The notes beneath the pieces were generated by a model. That model was not told where the DNA came from. It worked only from the letters and a program-made list of their open reading frames with translations, and searched no databases. From an uncultured Erysipelotrichaceae bacterium (GTDB taxonomy: Bacteria; Bacillota_I; Bacilli_A; RFN20; CAG-826), in contig CADCEE010000009.1 of the NCBI GenBank assembly GCA_902800355.1, positions 1 to 63,897 on the forward strand: 63,897 bases of DNA, read 5' to 3'. Position numbers and translations under genes: made by a program. Positions 30,601-42,695 of this stretch are shown piece by piece. The first letter of the stretch is position 1, and the number at the start of each line of letters is the position of its first letter.

Positions 30601-31540
30601 TACGAGAAATCACTCTACGATATAAATCATTTAAGTCACTTGTGGCAAATCTTCCACCATCAAGTTGTAACATTGGTCTTAAATCAGGTGGAATCACTGG
30701 AATGACATCAAGGACCATCCATTCTGGTTTATTATCAGAATGACGGAAGGCCTCGATGACTTCTAGTCTTTTAGTTAACTTCGCTCTATTAGAGGAAGTA
30801 GAATTTTTAATTCTACGGGAGATTTCTTCTCCTTCAGCGTCTAAATCGATTTCAGCGAGTAAGCGTTTAATCGCTCCAGCACCTTCCGAGAATTCAGCAC
30901 CTGTAAATTTACGAATGAAGTTATAGCAGGTTTGGAAGTCAAAGACTTCGTTATGATTTTCAAGTCTAGCAATGAGTTCTTCACTTCTAGCAAAATCATC
31001 ACTACCTGGAATTAAGCCCCATTCTTCACCTTTTTCTTGGATTTCTTTTAAAACTGGAATAAAGATTTCTCTACCGTTTTTCTCATTAATGAATTCACGG
31101 TATTGGAGCATAGTGCTCTTTCCAGGATTTAAACAGATGTGAGCGGCGTAATATGCCACTTCTTCTAAGTGTTTAGGAGAAACATCTAAAAGTAATCCAA
31201 TACGGCTAGGAATACCTTTTAAATACCAAATGTGGGTACATGGGCTAGCAAGTTCAATGTGGCCCATTCTATCTCTTCTAACTTCTTTAGAGATAACTTC
31301 AACACCACATTTTTCACAAACGACACCGGCATATCTAATTTTCTTATATTTACCACAGTGACATTCGTAGTCTTTGGCAGGTCCAAAAATCTTTTCACAA
31401 TATAAACCTTGCATTTCTGGTTTTTGGCTGCGGTAGTTGATGGTCTCAGGTTTTAAAACTTCACCATGGGACCAGCTTCTAATAGTGTCAGGAGAAGCTA
31501 AACCAACTTTAATCGCGGATAATTTCTTTACGTCAAACAT
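27635..31540 (-). CDS. rpoC: RNA polymerase beta' subunit
   Basis: NADFDGDQM, zinc-binding CxC/Cxx[14 protein letters not shown]. Confidence 0.99.
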   Translation of the reverse strand: MFDVKKLSAIKVGLASPDTIRSWSHGEVLKPETINYRSQKPEMQGLYCEKIFGPAKDYECHCGKYKKIRYAGVVCEKCGVEVISKEVRRDRMGHIELASPCTHIWYLKGIPSRIGLLLDVSPKHLEEVAYYAAHICLNPGKSTMLQYREFINEKNGREIFIPVLKEIQEKGEEWGLIPGSDDFARSEELIARLENHNEVFDFQTCYNFIRKFTGAEFSEGAGAIKRLLAEIDLDAEGEEISRRIKNSTSSNRAKLTKRLEVIEAFRHSDNKPEWMVLDVIPVIPPDLRPMLQLDGGRFATSDLNDLYRRVISRNNRLKKLIDMNSPAVLLMNEKRMLQEAVDALIDNGRRNKPVTGPGGRPLKSLSSGLKGKQGRFRQNLLGKRVDYSGRSVIAVGPFLKMYECGLPREMAVQLLRPFIACELLKRGIANAHKTADKIIDRYDPAVLDIVEEIIGKHPVLLNRAPTLHRLGIQAFQPRLVDGRAIRLHPLVCTGFNADFDGDQMAVHVPLSKAAQEEALHLMLASNNILGPKDGKPIVTPSQDMVLGNYYLTLESTKEEFLKKAKVLKATDPEEAERYELYAASEGKVFGSVDDVILAYQTKQIHLHNRIAILGKALMKKGFTEEMNNSYLITSVGKVIFNQIFPSDFPYLNAVTAENMAKDLEEYFVPRGSDVKAIIAKTPVRAPIKKKDLGKIINEIFQRYDRKGNPKTSSVLDKMKDQGFQYATVAGFTISIDDIHIVEGKEEILEAGDKKVAEIQEMFELGMLTEEERHKSVCDVWNKVLVEVRTKLTEQFNKDQRNTIYMMSDSGARGNISNITQLAGMRGLMGNTSGGTIELPVKRCFREGMTVSEFFIATHGARKGGADTALKTADSGYLTRRLVDVSQDVIVREVDCGTDHGYKVKEIRDTSRNAIIVKLYDRLVGRYALNDVVNPKTGEVIVKGNTMINEESAKAIVDAGIEEVEIRSLFGCETKDGVCIHCYGRNLATGREVQVGEAVGIMAAQSIGEPGTQLTMRTFHTGGVAGSDITSGLPRVQELFEARNPKGEALISEIPGTITKIEEKNGCYLVTVRNDLEEKTYTTAFGAKLRVKKGDKVINGGKITEGAIDPKKLLEVSDVTAVEKYIIKEVQKVYSLQDIGISDKHIEVIVRQMLRKVYVIDAGDTDMIAGTRVSINTFTAKNNEAIINGKRPAVFSPLILGITKAALETDSFLSAASFQETTRVLTDAAIKGKVDHLHGLKENVITGHLIPAGRGLMSEEASDELLKDFSVEGTMHEVKDKYVEDYDRAINEIKEKINSRNA

Positions 31541-31558
31541 TGTTATTTTCTCCTTTCA

Positions 31559-34500
31559 TTATTCTTCACTACTACTGGTGGACATAGAAGTCATTGAGAC
31601 TTCTTCGTCGATTCCAGTTTCTACATTAGCCTCTTCACCGACTAAGTTTCTTAAAGATGTGTTAATCTTTCTTTCTTCTTTATCAGCTTCTTTAGCTAAG
31701 GCGTCCATATCGATTGAACGACCTTCGTTATCAAGAAGTTCCACATTCATCGCTAAGGATTCTAATTCTTTTACTAAGACCTTGAAGGCTTCTGGGATAC
31801 CAGCTTTTGGAAGTGGTTGATCCTTAATAATCGCTTCATAGGTCTTTCTTCTTCCAACACGGTCATCAGATTTAACGGTAATAATTTCTTGTAAGACATG
31901 GGCAGCGCCATAAGCTTCAAGAGCCCAGACTTCCATTTCACCAAATCTTTGACCACCGTTTTGCGCTTTACCTCCAAGAGGTTGTTGTGTCACTAAGCTA
32001 TATGGGCCAGTAGCACGAGCGTGTAACTTATCATCGACCATGTGGACGAGTTTAATCATATACATGACGCCAACAGTGATTCTTTCATCAAATTTTTCAC
32101 CAGTGCGGCCGTCATATAAGACGGTTTTACCATCTTTTGCCATACCTGCTTTATCCATCATCTCGAAGATTTCTTCGTTGGTGATGCCGTCAAATACAGG
32201 GGTAGCAATCTTATATCCTAATTTCTTAAGAGCCATACCTAAATGGACTTCTAAGATTTGTCCGATGTTCATACGAGATGGAACACCGAGTGGGTTTAAC
32301 ATGATATCAACAGGAGTGCCGTCTGGGAGGAATGGCATATCACATTCTGGTAAAATACGGGAAATAACACCCTTATTACCGTGACGTCCAGACATCTTAT
32401 CACCTTCAGAGATTTTTCTCTTTTGGACGATATAGACGGTGACAACTTCGTTGACTCCTGGTGGGAGTTCGTTATCTTTGGCCTTTTCTTCTCTTTTACG
32501 AATTTTCACATCAAGAACAATACCTGCTCCACCATGAGGAACTCTTAGAGAGGCGTCTTTACCTTCGTTAGTCTTTTCTCCGAAGATGGCCATTAATAAT
32601 TTATCTTCTGGGGTTGGTTCAGTTTGTCCACGTGGAGTAACTTTACCAACTAAAATGTCTCCTTCTTTAACTTCAGTACCAACGACAACAATACCTCTAC
32701 TATCTAAGTGAGCTTTGGCGTCTAGTCCGACGTTAGGGACATCCGCAGTAATTTCTTCATCACCAAGTTTTGGAATGGAACGGCATTCACAGTCATATTT
32801 TTCAATATGAATGGATGTATAGACATCGTCTTTAACGAGTCTTTCTGACATAATAACCGCGTCTTCATAGTTATAACCATTCCAAGTCATGAAGGCGATG
32901 GTCACGTTTTGACCTAAAGCAAGGTCACCGTTTTGCATAGCAGGTCCATCAGCGATAATTTGTCCTTTACGAACTTTGTCGCCAACTTTAACAATGCTTA
33001 CTTGATTAATACAAGTACCTTGGTTACTACGTTCAAATTTTTGTAAGTGATAGGTAATAGGTTCAGAAGCACCTTTTGGTAACACTTCAATGGTTCTACT
33101 ATCGGTGTAAGTGACAACACCTTCGCTAGCAGAGACCACTGCTAAACCTGAATCTCTAGCCACTTGATGTTCTAAGCCAGTTCCAACAAGTGGGGCGTGA
33201 GGTCTAAGAAGTGGTAAAGCTTGACGTTGCATGTTACTACCCATAAGAGCACGCATGGTGTCATCATTCTCTAAGAATGGAATGCTACCAGCAGCAATTG
33301 AAACGACTTGTTTTGGGCTAACGTCAACGAAGTCTACTTCTTCTTTTCTGGCTAAAATATTTTCACCTTTATATCTTGCGACAACGACATCATCTAAGAT
33401 TTCGCCAGTCTCGGATAAGTGAATATTAGCTTCAGCAATTTTATAGTCCCACTCTTCATCTGCGGAAAGATAAACACTATCTTCAGCCTTGGATAAGACT
33501 TTATGTGTTTTATGATCCACTGGACGATATGGGGTTTCAATAAATCCATAATTATTAACTTTCGCGTATGTCGCTAAGTTATTAATAAGACCGATGTTTT
33601 GACCTTCAGGAGTTTCAATAGGACAGATTCTGCCATAGTGCGAAACGTGAACGTCACGAACTTCAGTAGATGCTCTATCTCTAGTTAATCCACCAGGACC
33701 TAATGCGGATAATCTTCTTTTATTAGTTAATTCCGCGAGTGGATTTGTTTGATCCATGAATTGAGATAATTGGCTAGATGCAAAGAATTCTCTAATAGAG
33801 GCAACTAATGGTCTAGGATTAATTAAAGCCTTAGGCTTCACGTTTCCTAAATCAGAAATAGACATCTTTTGTTGAACAGTCTTAAGCATCTTGGCTAAAC
33901 CAACTCTAAATTGATTTTGAATTAATTCACCAACACATCTAATTCTTCTATTTCCTAAGTGGTCGATATCATCACAGCTACCAAATCCGTCTTGGACATT
34001 TAAGAAGTATGAGAAAATCGCAACGATATCACAAATATTAACGTGTGTACATGTGTTATTTAAATCAGTACCAATAACAATCGAGACTTTTTCTTTCTTG
34101 TCATTGTTATAGACTTTAACAACATTGACTTTACCGTTATTATCGAGTTTTTCGTTAATCTTTAAGACTCTTAAATGCGCACCTTGTTCAAAGAAATCTT
34201 CATTACGTAAAGCTTCAACATCTTCAACAGATAATTGATGACCTTTCTTAAATCTAATTTCTCCATCCGCGGACACTAAGTCTTCGGCTAAGATACGGTT
34301 TGGTAAACGGTTATAGATACCGAGTTTTTTAATAAATTTATATCTACCAGCGCGGCCTAAGTCATAACGTTTCTCATCAAAGAATCTTTGGACTAAGAAG
34401 TTAACTGTACCTTCTTCAGTAATTGGCTCACCTGGTTTCATCTTTCTAAAGATATCCACTAAAGCGGCTTTTGAAGATTTGATTTTGTTTTCTTCTTCTT

Positions 34501-35167
34501 TTTCTAAAGTATTTCTTAAGGCTTGAGATCCACCAAAGAGTTTTAAGATATCATCACTACTTTCAAAGCCTAAGGCTCTTAATAAAGTAGTCGCATGAAT
34601 CTTTCTTTGTCTATCGATTCTGACGCTTAACATATCTTTAGCATCAGATTCGAATTGTAACCAAGTACCTCTACCAGGAATTAAGTCAGCTTCGTATAAG
34701 AATTTACCGGCTTTAAATTCTTTAGATAAATAGGCACCAGGAGATCTCACTAATTGAGAAACAATAACTCTTTCTGCACCATTAACAATGAATGTTCCAC
34801 TATTAGTCATTAAAGGTAAATCACCCATAAAGACTTCAGATTCTTGAATTTCTCCAGTTTCTTTATGGATTAATCTCACCATGATGTACATAGGGACGTT
34901 ATATGTTAAGTCTCTTTCTTTACATTCAAGGTAAGTGTGTTTAGCTTCACCTAAACGAATTGATAAATATTCAATAGTTAATGTGCCAGTATAGTTTTCA
35001 ATTGGAAATGATTCTCTAAAAACTTCGTCTAATCCCTTTTCTAAAAATTCAGCGTAACTCTTAGTTTGAATTTCCACTAAATTTGGAAGTGGGAGATCAC
35101 CAGAAATCTTGGAGTAATCATATCTTCCGTTATTAATTTGTTTTAGTTCAGTAATATTTCTGGACAT
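31559..35167 (-). CDS. rpoB: RNA polymerase beta subunit
   Basis: [33 protein letters not shown]. Confidence 0.99.
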   Translation of the reverse strand: MSRNITELKQINNGRYDYSKISGDLPLPNLVEIQTKSYAEFLEKGLDEVFRESFPIENYTGTLTIEYLSIRLGEAKHTYLECKERDLTYNVPMYIMVRLIHKETGEIQESEVFMGDLPLMTNSGTFIVNGAERVIVSQLVRSPGAYLSKEFKAGKFLYEADLIPGRGTWLQFESDAKDMLSVRIDRQRKIHATTLLRALGFESSDDILKLFGGSQALRNTLEKEEENKIKSSKAALVDIFRKMKPGEPITEEGTVNFLVQRFFDEKRYDLGRAGRYKFIKKLGIYNRLPNRILAEDLVSADGEIRFKKGHQLSVEDVEALRNEDFFEQGAHLRVLKINEKLDNNGKVNVVKVYNNDKKEKVSIVIGTDLNNTCTHVNICDIVAIFSYFLNVQDGFGSCDDIDHLGNRRIRCVGELIQNQFRVGLAKMLKTVQQKMSISDLGNVKPKALINPRPLVASIREFFASSQLSQFMDQTNPLAELTNKRRLSALGPGGLTRDRASTEVRDVHVSHYGRICPIETPEGQNIGLINNLATYAKVNNYGFIETPYRPVDHKTHKVLSKAEDSVYLSADEEWDYKIAEANIHLSETGEILDDVVVARYKGENILARKEEVDFVDVSPKQVVSIAAGSIPFLENDDTMRALMGSNMQRQALPLLRPHAPLVGTGLEHQVARDSGLAVVSASEGVVTYTDSRTIEVLPKGASEPITYHLQKFERSNQGTCINQVSIVKVGDKVRKGQIIADGPAMQNGDLALGQNVTIAFMTWNGYNYEDAVIMSERLVKDDVYTSIHIEKYDCECRSIPKLGDEEITADVPNVGLDAKAHLDSRGIVVVGTEVKEGDILVGKVTPRGQTEPTPEDKLLMAIFGEKTNEGKDASLRVPHGGAGIVLDVKIRKREEKAKDNELPPGVNEVVTVYIVQKRKISEGDKMSGRHGNKGVISRILPECDMPFLPDGTPVDIMLNPLGVPSRMNIGQILEVHLGMALKKLGYKIATPVFDGITNEEIFEMMDKAGMAKDGKTVLYDGRTGEKFDERITVGVMYMIKLVHMVDDKLHARATGPYSLVTQQPLGGKAQNGGQRFGEMEVWALEAYGAAHVLQEIITVKSDDRVGRRKTYEAIIKDQPLPKAGIPEAFKVLVKELESLAMNVELLDNEGRSIDMDALAKEADKEERKINTSLRNLVGEEANVETGIDEEVSMTSMSTSSSEE

Positions 35168-35201
35168 TATAATGGCTCCTTTTCGATAAAATATTTTTAG
35201 T

Positions 35202-35798
35202 TCACTTAGTGGCCTTGATTATCCAATAGCCTTTTTCTTTATGAAGCACAGAAACGTTTTCAAATACCGTTTCAATGTATTTGAGAGCGCTCTCCGCTCC
35301 TTGCTTACGTCTAATCACCACATATAGCGAACCGCCATCAATTAAGTAGTGCTTACTCTCCTTATACATTTGGTAGGTAACGATTTTACCAGCCCTAATT
35401 GGAGGGTTCACAACAATTGAATCATATGGTCCTTCAATCTTTTCATAGATGTCACTTTGAAGGAAGGTGACTCGATTTGTTAAATTCAATCGTTCACCGC
35501 TCTTTGACGCTAGAGCGAGTGCGCGCGAATTAATATCGGCAAGATCCACTCTTGCCTGTTTTGAATTTAAAGCTAGTGTTAATCCGATTGGACCATAACC
35601 ACACCCTAAATCCAAGATCCTCCCGTCTAGATGAAGAGGAAGTAATACCTTAAGAAAGATATACGACCCTTCATCGATTCGAGATTTGGAAAATACTCCA
35701 TTATCGGTATAATAGGCATACTCTTGACCATATAAAGAGAACTTAATCTCTTTAATATTTGATTCCGAAGTTGGAACCTCGTCAAAATAATGACCCAT
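35202..35798 (-). CDS. rsmC: Class I SAM methyltransferase, RsmC/YbxB-like
   Basis: [28 protein letters not shown]; conserved position between rplL and rpoB. Confidence 0.88.
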   Translation of the reverse strand: MGHYFDEVPTSESNIKEIKFSLYGQEYAYYTDNGVFSKSRIDEGSYIFLKVLLPLHLDGRILDLGCGYGPIGLTLALNSKQARVDLADINSRALALASKSGERLNLTNRVTFLQSDIYEKIEGPYDSIVVNPPIRAGKIVTYQMYKESKHYLIDGGSLYVVIRRKQGAESALKYIETVFENVSVLHKEKGYWIIKATK

Positions 35799-35830
35799 TA
35801 ATACCTCTAGAGTTTATTTGCGAAGTTAAA

Positions 35831-36208
35831 TTATTTAATTTCGACTTCAGCGCCAGCAGCTTCGAGAGCTTTCTTGTGCTCTTCAGCTTCAACTGGGGAG
35901 ATGTGTTCTTTAACAGCAACAGGAGCTGCATCGACCATCTTTTTGGCATCCATTAAGCCTAAGCCAGTGATAGCTTGGACAGCCTTGATGACTGGGACTT
36001 TAGATGCACCAGCAGATTTTAAGAATAAGCTAACTTCGGTTGGTCCTTTAGCAGCTTCTTCTTCAGCAGGGGCAGCAGCAGCAACGGCCACAGGGGCAGC
36101 AGCAGTGACACCAAATTCTTCTTCAACAGCTTTGACTAATTCATTTAATTCGAGAACAGTCATTTCTTTTAAGCTGGCGATAATTTCTTCTTTTGTTAAT
36201 TTAGCCAT
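35831..36208 (-). CDS. rplL: 50S ribosomal protein L7/L12
   Basis: [19 protein letters not shown]...GLGLMDAK...AGAEVEIK. Confidence 0.99.
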   Translation of the reverse strand: MAKLTKEEIIASLKEMTVLELNELVKAVEEEFGVTAAAPVAVAAAAPAEEEAAKGPTEVSLFLKSAGASKVPVIKAVQAITGLGLMDAKKMVDAAPVAVKEHISPVEAEEHKKALEAAGAEVEIK

Positions 36209-36232
36209 TTTTCTTTTCCTCCTAAATTGGCA

Positions 36233-36721
36233 TTATTTTGCATCCGCAACAGCCTTAACAGTGCAGGCAAATTGACGGACTGGTGCTTGTAAGCACGATA
36301 ATAACATGGCAAGTAGACCTTCTCTACCAGGTAATTTAGCAATTTCTTTGACACCACTTGCATCAGCAAATTTTCCTTCAAAGACGCCACCCTTGATATT
36401 AAGAGAGTCTCCATATCTTTTTGCGTATTTAGCAAGCACTTTGGCAGCACTATTAACTTCTTTTGAGAAGAAGATAGCGTTAGGACCACTTAAAACTTGC
36501 TTTAAGTCAGCGTAACCGAGTTCATCAGATGCACGTTCCACAAGAGAATTCTTGTAAACATTCATAGATGCACCTTCAGCACGTAAGGCTCTTCTTAATT
36601 CTTGGATTTGTTCCACGGTTAATCCGCGGTATTCAGCAACCACAAGAGCAGAACTATCCTTAGCCTTGGAAACGATTTCACTAACTGTTTCTTGTTTCGC
36701 TAATAAGACATCCTTATTCAT
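36233..36721 (-). CDS. rplJ: 50S ribosomal protein L10
   Basis: EYRGLTV...LRR...VYKN...LPGREGLL. Confidence 0.98.
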   Translation of the reverse strand: MNKDVLLAKQETVSEIVSKAKDSSALVVAEYRGLTVEQIQELRRALRAEGASMNVYKNSLVERASDELGYADLKQVLSGPNAIFFSKEVNSAAKVLAKYAKRYGDSLNIKGGVFEGKFADASGVKEIAKLPGREGLLAMLLSCLQAPVRQFACTVKAVADAK

Positions 36722-36759
36722 GTTTTGACCTCCTTTTCAATTTGTTTTTTGTTTTGAGG

Positions 36760-36852
36760 CTCCAATATACAGTGAGAATAAATGCTTTATTTCTTCTTCA
36801 CCTCGGTAACATTATTAAGACTCCACGTCCGTTACTGTCTTGGGTATATTAG
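36760..36852 (-). promoter_or_regulatory. L10 leader (L10/L12 autoregulatory RNA)
   Basis: ACCCAAGACAGUAAC...CUUAAUAAUGUUACCGAGGU matches the L10-leader core and lies upstream of rplJ. Confidence 0.8.
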
Positions 36853-36864
36853 AATCTAGTTTAA

Positions 36865-37545
36865 TTAACGACCATCAAATGTGAAGTGGATAGCTGGGCC
36901 CATGGTCGTATGGATGACCGCATTTTTCACATAGGTACCTTTGACTGAAGCTGGTCTAGCCTTTAATAAAGCGTCAACTAAGGCATGTAAATTTTCTTCA
37001 ATCTTCTTTGCTTCAAAGCTCACTCTGGCAATAGAAACATGCATATTTGCTTCTTTGTCAACACGGTATTCCACTTTACCGGCTTTGATTTCTTTAATTG
37101 CTCTTGCGATATCTGGATTGACGGTACCAGTCTTTGGATTTGGCATTAAGCCTTTAGGACCTAATACACGAGCAACTCTACCGATAACAGGCATCATGTT
37201 TGGTGTAGCAACAATGACATCATAATCAAACCACCCACCGGCGATTTTATCGATCATTTCTTGTCCACCAACGAAGTCTGCACCAGCAGCTTTAGCGTCT
37301 TCAACTTTGTCAGTAATGGCTAACACAGTTTTGGTTTTACCATTTCCATGTGGAAGGATGAGAGTTCCTCTGACTTGTTGATCAGCTTGTTTTGGATCGA
37401 CATTGAGTTTAAATGAGACATCGACTGTCGCATCAAATTTGACAGTAGAAGTTTCTTTGACGAGTTTCACTGCTTCTTCAACAGTGTATAACTTACTGGC
37501 ATCCACTTTAGCTAAAGCGGCAACATATTTCTTACCCTTTTTCAT
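36865..37545 (-). CDS. rplA: 50S ribosomal protein L1
   Basis: [37 protein letters not shown] at 37545 has SD GGAG. Confidence 0.99.
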   Translation of the reverse strand: MKKGKKYVAALAKVDASKLYTVEEAVKLVKETSTVKFDATVDVSFKLNVDPKQADQQVRGTLILPHGNGKTKTVLAITDKVEDAKAAGADFVGGQEMIDKIAGGWFDYDVIVATPNMMPVIGRVARVLGPKGLMPNPKTGTVNPDIARAIKEIKAGKVEYRVDKEANMHVSIARVSFEAKKIEENLHALVDALLKARPASVKGTYVKNAVIHTTMGPAIHFTFDGR

Positions 37546-37556
37546 AGTGTTCTCCA

Positions 37557-37970
37557 TTAGTCGTCAACGACAATTCCCATATTACGAGCACTACCTTCAA
37601 TGATTTTCATAGCCGCTTCAATGTCATTAGCGTTTAAATCAGGTAATTTGTACTCAGCAATCTCTTTGAGTTTGGCTCTAGAGATATGACCCACGACTGA
37701 TTTGCAACCAGTAGCAGATCCTTTTGCAATTCCAGCAGCCTTTAATAATAATGGGGCAACTGGAGTAGTTTTGATGACAAAGTCACAAGACTTGTCTTCA
37801 TAAGCAGTGATGATTACTGGAACGATTTCTCCACGTCTATCAGCAGTCTTGGCGTTAAAGTCTGTACAGAATTTCGCCATGTTAATGCCGGCAGAAGCGA
37901 GTTTTGGTCCTGGTTTAGCTTCGCCACCAGGGAGTTCCATCTTCAACACTTTTGCGATTTTTTTACTCAC
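37557..37970 (-). CDS. rplK: 50S ribosomal protein L11 (Mollicutes-type shortened N-domain)
   Basis: GTG start with SD AGGAGG; [38 protein letters not shown]. Confidence 0.98.
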   Translation of the reverse strand: MSKKIAKVLKMELPGGEAKPGPKLASAGINMAKFCTDFNAKTADRRGEIVPVIITAYEDKSCDFVIKTTPVAPLLLKAAGIAKGSATGCKSVVGHISRAKLKEIAEYKLPDLNANDIEAAMKIIEGSARNMGIVVDD

Positions 37971-38001
37971 GTGACTTTCCTCCTTTTTTAAGATTGTCCG
38001 T

Positions 38002-38037
38002 GCCGTGGTATGAGTGAATCACCACTCTTCCACAGGC
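38002..38037 (-). promoter_or_regulatory. L1-binding autoregulatory element upstream of rplK
   Basis: GCCUGUGG-AA-GAGUG(GUGAUU)CACUC-AUA-CCACGGC: two stems around an asymmetric purine-rich loop, like the GUGGGAG...AUAACCAC L1 site. Confidence 0.65.
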
Positions 38038-38284
38038 TTTACACGTGCAACACACTCTCTCATACGTGTGAAGGCAACATGCTTGTACATACTATCAAAA
38101 TTACGCATACCAGCGCAAGCACTTTTTAATTTATTTTTTTAGAATGATAGTTCCATGAGAAGGACAAAATTGAAGGATAAACAAATATATTTTACATGTA
38201 AAATATTTTTATGCTATAATTTCGACATAAATATAAGCAAATTTGCTTTTATTTTTGCTAAGAGTATAATACAAGCAGATTAAT

Positions 38285-39670
38285 ATGAAGAGCGAAAGAA
38301 AGTCCAAAGGTAAACAAGTATCTCCATATCTATTAGTCATTCTCTCATTCGTGGGAGTCATTTTCTTTGGCTCATTTTTATTAACCCTTCCATTTGCCCA
38401 TCAAGACGGTAACTGGGGTAACTACATGGACGCTTTATTCCATGCTACAAGTGCAACCTGTGTTACTGGCTTATCAACATACGCTAATGGCATAGGAAAT
38501 GAGCTCACTTTATTTGGTCAAATTGTCATGCTTGTGATGATTCAAATTGGTGGTCTTGGATTTATTACAATTCTCACATTCTTTGTATCTTTAATACAAA
38601 AGAAGTTACTTTTTAAAGATAGATATATGCTCGCTCAAGCGGTTAATTCCACCTCTATTGCCGACGTTGGAAAATTCGTAAGAAGAGTGATTATTATTGT
38701 TTTCACCGCTGAGACTATCGGCTTTGGTTTAGGCTTACCTGTTTTCTTAAATGTTCCAGGCTATACTACTGGCCAAGCTATTTGGGCGTCTGTATTTACT
38801 TCTGTATCTGCCTTTAATAATGCAGGATTTGATATCTTTGGTTCCACAAGTTTAATTAGAGAAGCTGGCACTATCATGAGTACCCTTCCTGATTGGGCAT
38901 ACTACTACATGCAAGCCTATATCATGATTCTTATTATCATGGGTGGCTTATCATTCCTTACAATTATCGAAATTACTTTCTTTAGAAAGAAATTTAGACA
39001 AATGTCATCCTTTGCCAAAATCACATTATTGATGACAGGATCTTTAATCGTATTAGGCTTTGGTATTTTGATGTTAACAGATGGTATAAGTGGCAATATA
39101 ACCCCGCTAGAGGCGTTATTCCAAAGTGTTACTACAAGAACTGCTGGATTCTCCACATTTAATCAAGCCACTTTATCTCCTGGAGGCAAAACAATGAGCT
39201 GCGTTTTAATGTTCATTGGTGGCTCTCCAATTAGTACAGCTGGTGGTATTAAAACCACCACCATCTTTGTTTTATTCCTTTGTTTCGTAAGATTTTTACA
39301 AGGAAGAAAAGTATCCGCATTTAAACGTGAATTTACGAATTCATCCATTATTAAAACTATGACTTTAGTGTTCTTATCAGTTGTCGTTTTATTAGTCGGA
39401 TATGTCTCTATTGCTTCTTTTGAAAGAGGCAACCCAGCCGCTACCACAGACTCAGTGTTATATGAAACATTCTCTGCGTTTGGTACAGTCGGTTTAACCG
39501 AAAACTTCACCACTACAGGTTTAGCTATCGGTAGTAAAATTACACTTTGTTTATTAATGTTCTTTGGAAGATTAGGACCAATTACTTTATTCCAAATTTT
39601 CCAAACAAATCTTGATAATGAGAAAAACACCCACTATCGAGAAGTTCCAACAGATGTTATTATAGGTTAG
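38285..39670 (+). CDS. ktrB: Trk/Ktr potassium uptake membrane subunit
   Basis: Four pore loops: SATCVTGL, SAFNNAGF, TTRTAGF, SAFGTVGL; GGSPISTAGGIKTTT. Confidence 0.93.
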   Translation: MKSERKSKGKQVSPYLLVILSFVGVIFFGSFLLTLPFAHQDGNWGNYMDALFHATSATCVTGLSTYANGIGNELTLFGQIVMLVMIQIGGLGFITILTFFVSLIQKKLLFKDRYMLAQAVNSTSIADVGKFVRRVIIIVFTAETIGFGLGLPVFLNVPGYTTGQAIWASVFTSVSAFNNAGFDIFGSTSLIREAGTIMSTLPDWAYYYMQAYIMILIIMGGLSFLTIIEITFFRKKFRQMSSFAKITLLMTGSLIVLGFGILMLTDGISGNITPLEALFQSVTTRTAGFSTFNQATLSPGGKTMSCVLMFIGGSPISTAGGIKTTTIFVLFLCFVRFLQGRKVSAFKREFTNSSIIKTMTLVFLSVVVLLVGYVSIASFERGNPAATTDSVLYETFSAFGTVGLTENFTTTGLAIGSKITLCLLMFFGRLGPITLFQIFQTNLDNEKNTHYREVPTDVIIG

Positions 39671-39682
39671 GAGGAAATCTCT

Positions 39683-40360
39683 ATGGCACACAAATCATTC
39701 GCAGTCATTGGACTAGGACAATTCGGAAGATCTATCGTTAAAGAATTAGCGGATAACGGAATGGACGTTATCGCTATTGACAATAACGAACAAATCGCTA
39801 AAGAAGTTGCGGTGGATTTACCAACCACATTTATCGCCGATAGTACCGATGAAAAAGCATTAAAAGAATTAGGAGTAGGAGAAGTTGATGCTGCTATTGT
39901 CGCCTTTGGCGATAATCAAGAAGCTAGTGTTTTAACTACTGTTATTTTAAGAGAATTAGGGGTTAAAAATATTATCGTCCGTGTTGATGATGACTACTAT
40001 GTTCCAATTATGAAAAAATTAGGAGCGACTGAAGTTATCACTCCTCAAAAAGCAGCTGGATCTGCTTTAGCAAATCGTATCGGTAATGAAGACTTCCAAG
40101 AATACTATAAATTAGATAATAAATACTCAGTTGTCTCTATTATCATTAATCCAGGTTTCTTCCCACAGACATTAAAAGATATGAATCCAAAAAATGTTTA
40201 TGGAGTTAACGTTGTCTTAATTAGAAGAGCAAATAAATCCTTTGTCCCTGGCGGTAATGATTCTTTACTTCCAGATGATATTGTCTACGTTGTTGGTACC
40301 TCTAAAGAAATCTATGCCTTTAGAGAAGCTATTAACGGCAACAAAGCGAAAAAGAAATAA
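39683..40360 (+). CDS. ktrA: Ktr potassium uptake regulatory RCK subunit
   Basis: FAVIGLGQFG Rossmann motif; RCK_C tail; follows ktrB. Confidence 0.92.
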   Translation: MAHKSFAVIGLGQFGRSIVKELADNGMDVIAIDNNEQIAKEVAVDLPTTFIADSTDEKALKELGVGEVDAAIVAFGDNQEASVLTTVILRELGVKNIIVRVDDDYYVPIMKKLGATEVITPQKAAGSALANRIGNEDFQEYYKLDNKYSVVSIIINPGFFPQTLKDMNPKNVYGVNVVLIRRANKSFVPGGNDSLLPDDIVYVVGTSKEIYAFREAINGNKAKKK

Positions 40361-40381
40361 TCAACATTATTCTTCAAGAAT

Positions 40382-40409
40382 AAAGCGACTCGATTGAGCC
40401 GCTTTTTTT
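40382..40409. terminator. Bidirectional terminator between convergent ktrA and hipA
   Basis: AAAGCGACTC-GATT-GAGCCGCTTTTTTT. Confidence 0.7.
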
Positions 40410-41616
40410 ATTCTAATACTAGATGCTTTTTAAGAATCTCTATCTCATTATTTTTTAAAGAATATTTATGAGATAGTTTATCGAAATTATCCTTAATAAC
40501 AGCGACTGTTTTGTTAACTATCTCTTGAGCTTCAACTTCCGTTAGACGGAACTGTTTATATAGTTTAATAACATCTTTAAGCTTTAAGAAAGTGTGCGAT
40601 TCATCGATCTTAAGGACATGACTTTTATCGTGAACACTAATAGTTAAATCAAACGCAGGTGATAAATCCCAACCATTTTTATTATAAATAAATCCATGGT
40701 TTCTTAAGTGATCATCAGTGTTATTAATCGCAATATTAAAAACAATACGTTTATATAATTCCTTTAGATTAGCATTCACGTTTTGACAGCGTGAAACGAT
40801 TAAACTAGCGATGTCTAAATAAGAATATATGTCGTCGCCTTTAATCGCCCCTAATAGGCATAGCGCACTCGCATAATGTATACGCTTATCTAATTCTCTA
40901 TCAAATCTTTTACTTAAGAAGGTTGAACCATATTTAGATAACTTCATGAGTTTTGCTTCAGGGACCTTAATATCACATAGCTTAGCTAAATCATGGACCA
41001 CCATTTCCATCGCTCCAACATCAAAGTCATCGTTCTTATTAGGGAATTTAGCGATATAAACAGTTTTATCATTATCAAAAACATTACATTTAGGTCTAGC
41101 GCCACCTAAAGAAGAACCAGGAGAAAACAATAAATCTAATTCTTCATCAGACAGCTCATCATCAACCTTAATGGCAGCTTGTTCTAATTTATTAATATAC
41201 ATAATAGGAGGGATATTGGTGTTTCTAGTTGAAAGATAAACACCATTCTCATCCATAATTCTAATCGCACCAGTACGATAGATATCACTTATGCCAGTGA
41301 GATAATCTATAACATATAACTTATCAATATCTCTTTTATGTGCATCACTTAAGATAAGTTTTCTTCCCCATCTATCTGGAAGAGAATCTTCTAAGAAACT
41401 AAAAGTTTCTCTTTTGCTTGATGGGTATTGTCTTCCAAGAGTTAAAAGTAAATCAGGATCAAAAAATTTATTAATATTATCAGATGATAAAAATGAGGGA
41501 TTAAATTCAAAAGAATGTACTTCTTTGCCACTAACAAAACTGACAAATAAAGTACCAATAATATTTGCCTTATCTTCTAAACAAATAAAATATTTTCTTT
41601 CTGCATCAGCTTTCAT
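40408..41616 (-). CDS. hipA: HipA family Ser/Thr kinase toxin
   Basis: DSLPDRWGR, GSSLGGARPK, IAKFP, KRFDR, NTDDHLRNHGF, LSPAFD. Confidence 0.92.
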   Translation of the reverse strand: MKADAERKYFICLEDKANIIGTLFVSFVSGKEVHSFEFNPSFLSSDNINKFFDPDLLLTLGRQYPSSKRETFSFLEDSLPDRWGRKLILSDAHKRDIDKLYVIDYLTGISDIYRTGAIRIMDENGVYLSTRNTNIPPIMYINKLEQAAIKVDDELSDEELDLLFSPGSSLGGARPKCNVFDNDKTVYIAKFPNKNDDFDVGAMEMVVHDLAKLCDIKVPEAKLMKLSKYGSTFLSKRFDRELDKRIHYASALCLLGAIKGDDIYSYLDIASLIVSRCQNVNANLKELYKRIVFNIAINNTDDHLRNHGFIYNKNGWDLSPAFDLTISVHDKSHVLKIDESHTFLKLKDVIKLYKQFRLTEVEAQEIVNKTVAVIKDNFDKLSHKYSLKNNEIEILKKHLVLE

Positions 41617-41924
41617 CTTTTTCTCACTCTTCTACGTTCTTTTAAACCCAAGTCTTGAATAGTTCTTCCTAATACATCATCTTTAGCAACAAGGAGTAAA
41701 TCATCTTCAAGTCCACCTAATGCTTGTAGCACCATAGCATAGCTACCAATAGAAACGCTTGGGGAACCATTCTCAATTTGCCATAAGGTCATTCGAGAAA
41801 TGTCGGCCTTTTCACAAACTAAACTTGTAGGCATATTTCTTCTTAGTCTTGCTAATCGAATTTGAGACCCCATTTCTTTAAGAATTCTTTCGGTTGCAAT
41901 AGTCATTGTGGGCACGTGTTTCAT
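41613..41924 (-). CDS. XRE/HTH antitoxin (HipB-like)
   Basis: QIRLARLRRN...ADISRMTLWQIENGSPSVSIGSY; ATGA overlap with hipA. Confidence 0.88.
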   Translation of the reverse strand: MKHVPTMTIATERILKEMGSQIRLARLRRNMPTSLVCEKADISRMTLWQIENGSPSVSIGSYAMVLQALGGLEDDLLLVAKDDVLGRTIQDLGLKERRRVRKR

Positions 41925-42057
41925 ATTTCTACTCCTAACGTTTTATATCTTAACACACTAATATGTTTATTGTCTATTTTTTCAAACATTAACTATAGAT
42001 TTTTTGAGATATAAAAAATCCCCGCATAAAGCGAGGATATTTAATCTAAATAATATA

Positions 42058-42678
42058 TTAGATCTTATCGATTTCTGAGAAGTCGACTTCCACCCTGGTA
42101 GGTCTACCAAAGAAGACTGTTTCAAGTTCAACTGCACCAGTTTCCTTATTGATAGAAATAATTCTACCTTCGGTACCTTCAAGAGTGCCGTGAATAACCT
42201 TAACATAGTCACCTTCAGAGTATCTGTCATACATTGACTCATCAACCATGCCCATTCTCTTAAGGACTGGTTCAATTTGTTCTCTAGGAACTGGGAATGG
42301 TTTTGTACCTTTACCAGCAGATCCAACGAATCCAGTGACACCTGGAGTGTTTCTAACAATATACCAAGCATAGTCAGTCATAATCATTTCTACGAAGACA
42401 TAACCTGGATATAAGTTTTTCATTCTAGTTTTACCAGTTGGTAAACCATCTTTCATCACCGGAACTTCTTGTTCAACAACGATAATTCTGAAGATTAGAT
42501 CTTCAAGGCCCATAGATTCCACACGTTTTTGTAAGTTATAAGCAACTTTTCTTTCGTGAGTGGAATAAGTAGAAACCACATACCAGGCTTTATCACCTAG
42601 TTTAACTTCTTTACTAGCTTGTGCTTCATCAGCGATATCAGTATTTGTATCGGAGAAGGCTGTTTTCTTATCTACCAT
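42058..42678 (-). CDS. nusG: Transcription antitermination factor NusG
   Basis: WYVVSTYS, YPGYVFVEM, VRNTPGVTGFVG, KOW domain FFGRPTRVE. Confidence 0.98.
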   Translation of the reverse strand: MVDKKTAFSDTNTDIADEAQASKEVKLGDKAWYVVSTYSTHERKVAYNLQKRVESMGLEDLIFRIIVVEQEVPVMKDGLPTGKTRMKNLYPGYVFVEMIMTDYAWYIVRNTPGVTGFVGSAGKGTKPFPVPREQIEPVLKRMGMVDESMYDRYSEGDYVKVIHGTLEGTEGRIISINKETGAVELETVFFGRPTRVEVDFSEIDKI

Positions 42679-42695
42679 TATTTTTTCCTCCTAAA

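Noticed and set aside
38110-38284. c-di-AMP (ydaO) riboswitch upstream of ktrAB
   Set aside because: AT-rich divergent promoter region with no ydaO consensus; TATAAT sits only 14 nt from the ATG.
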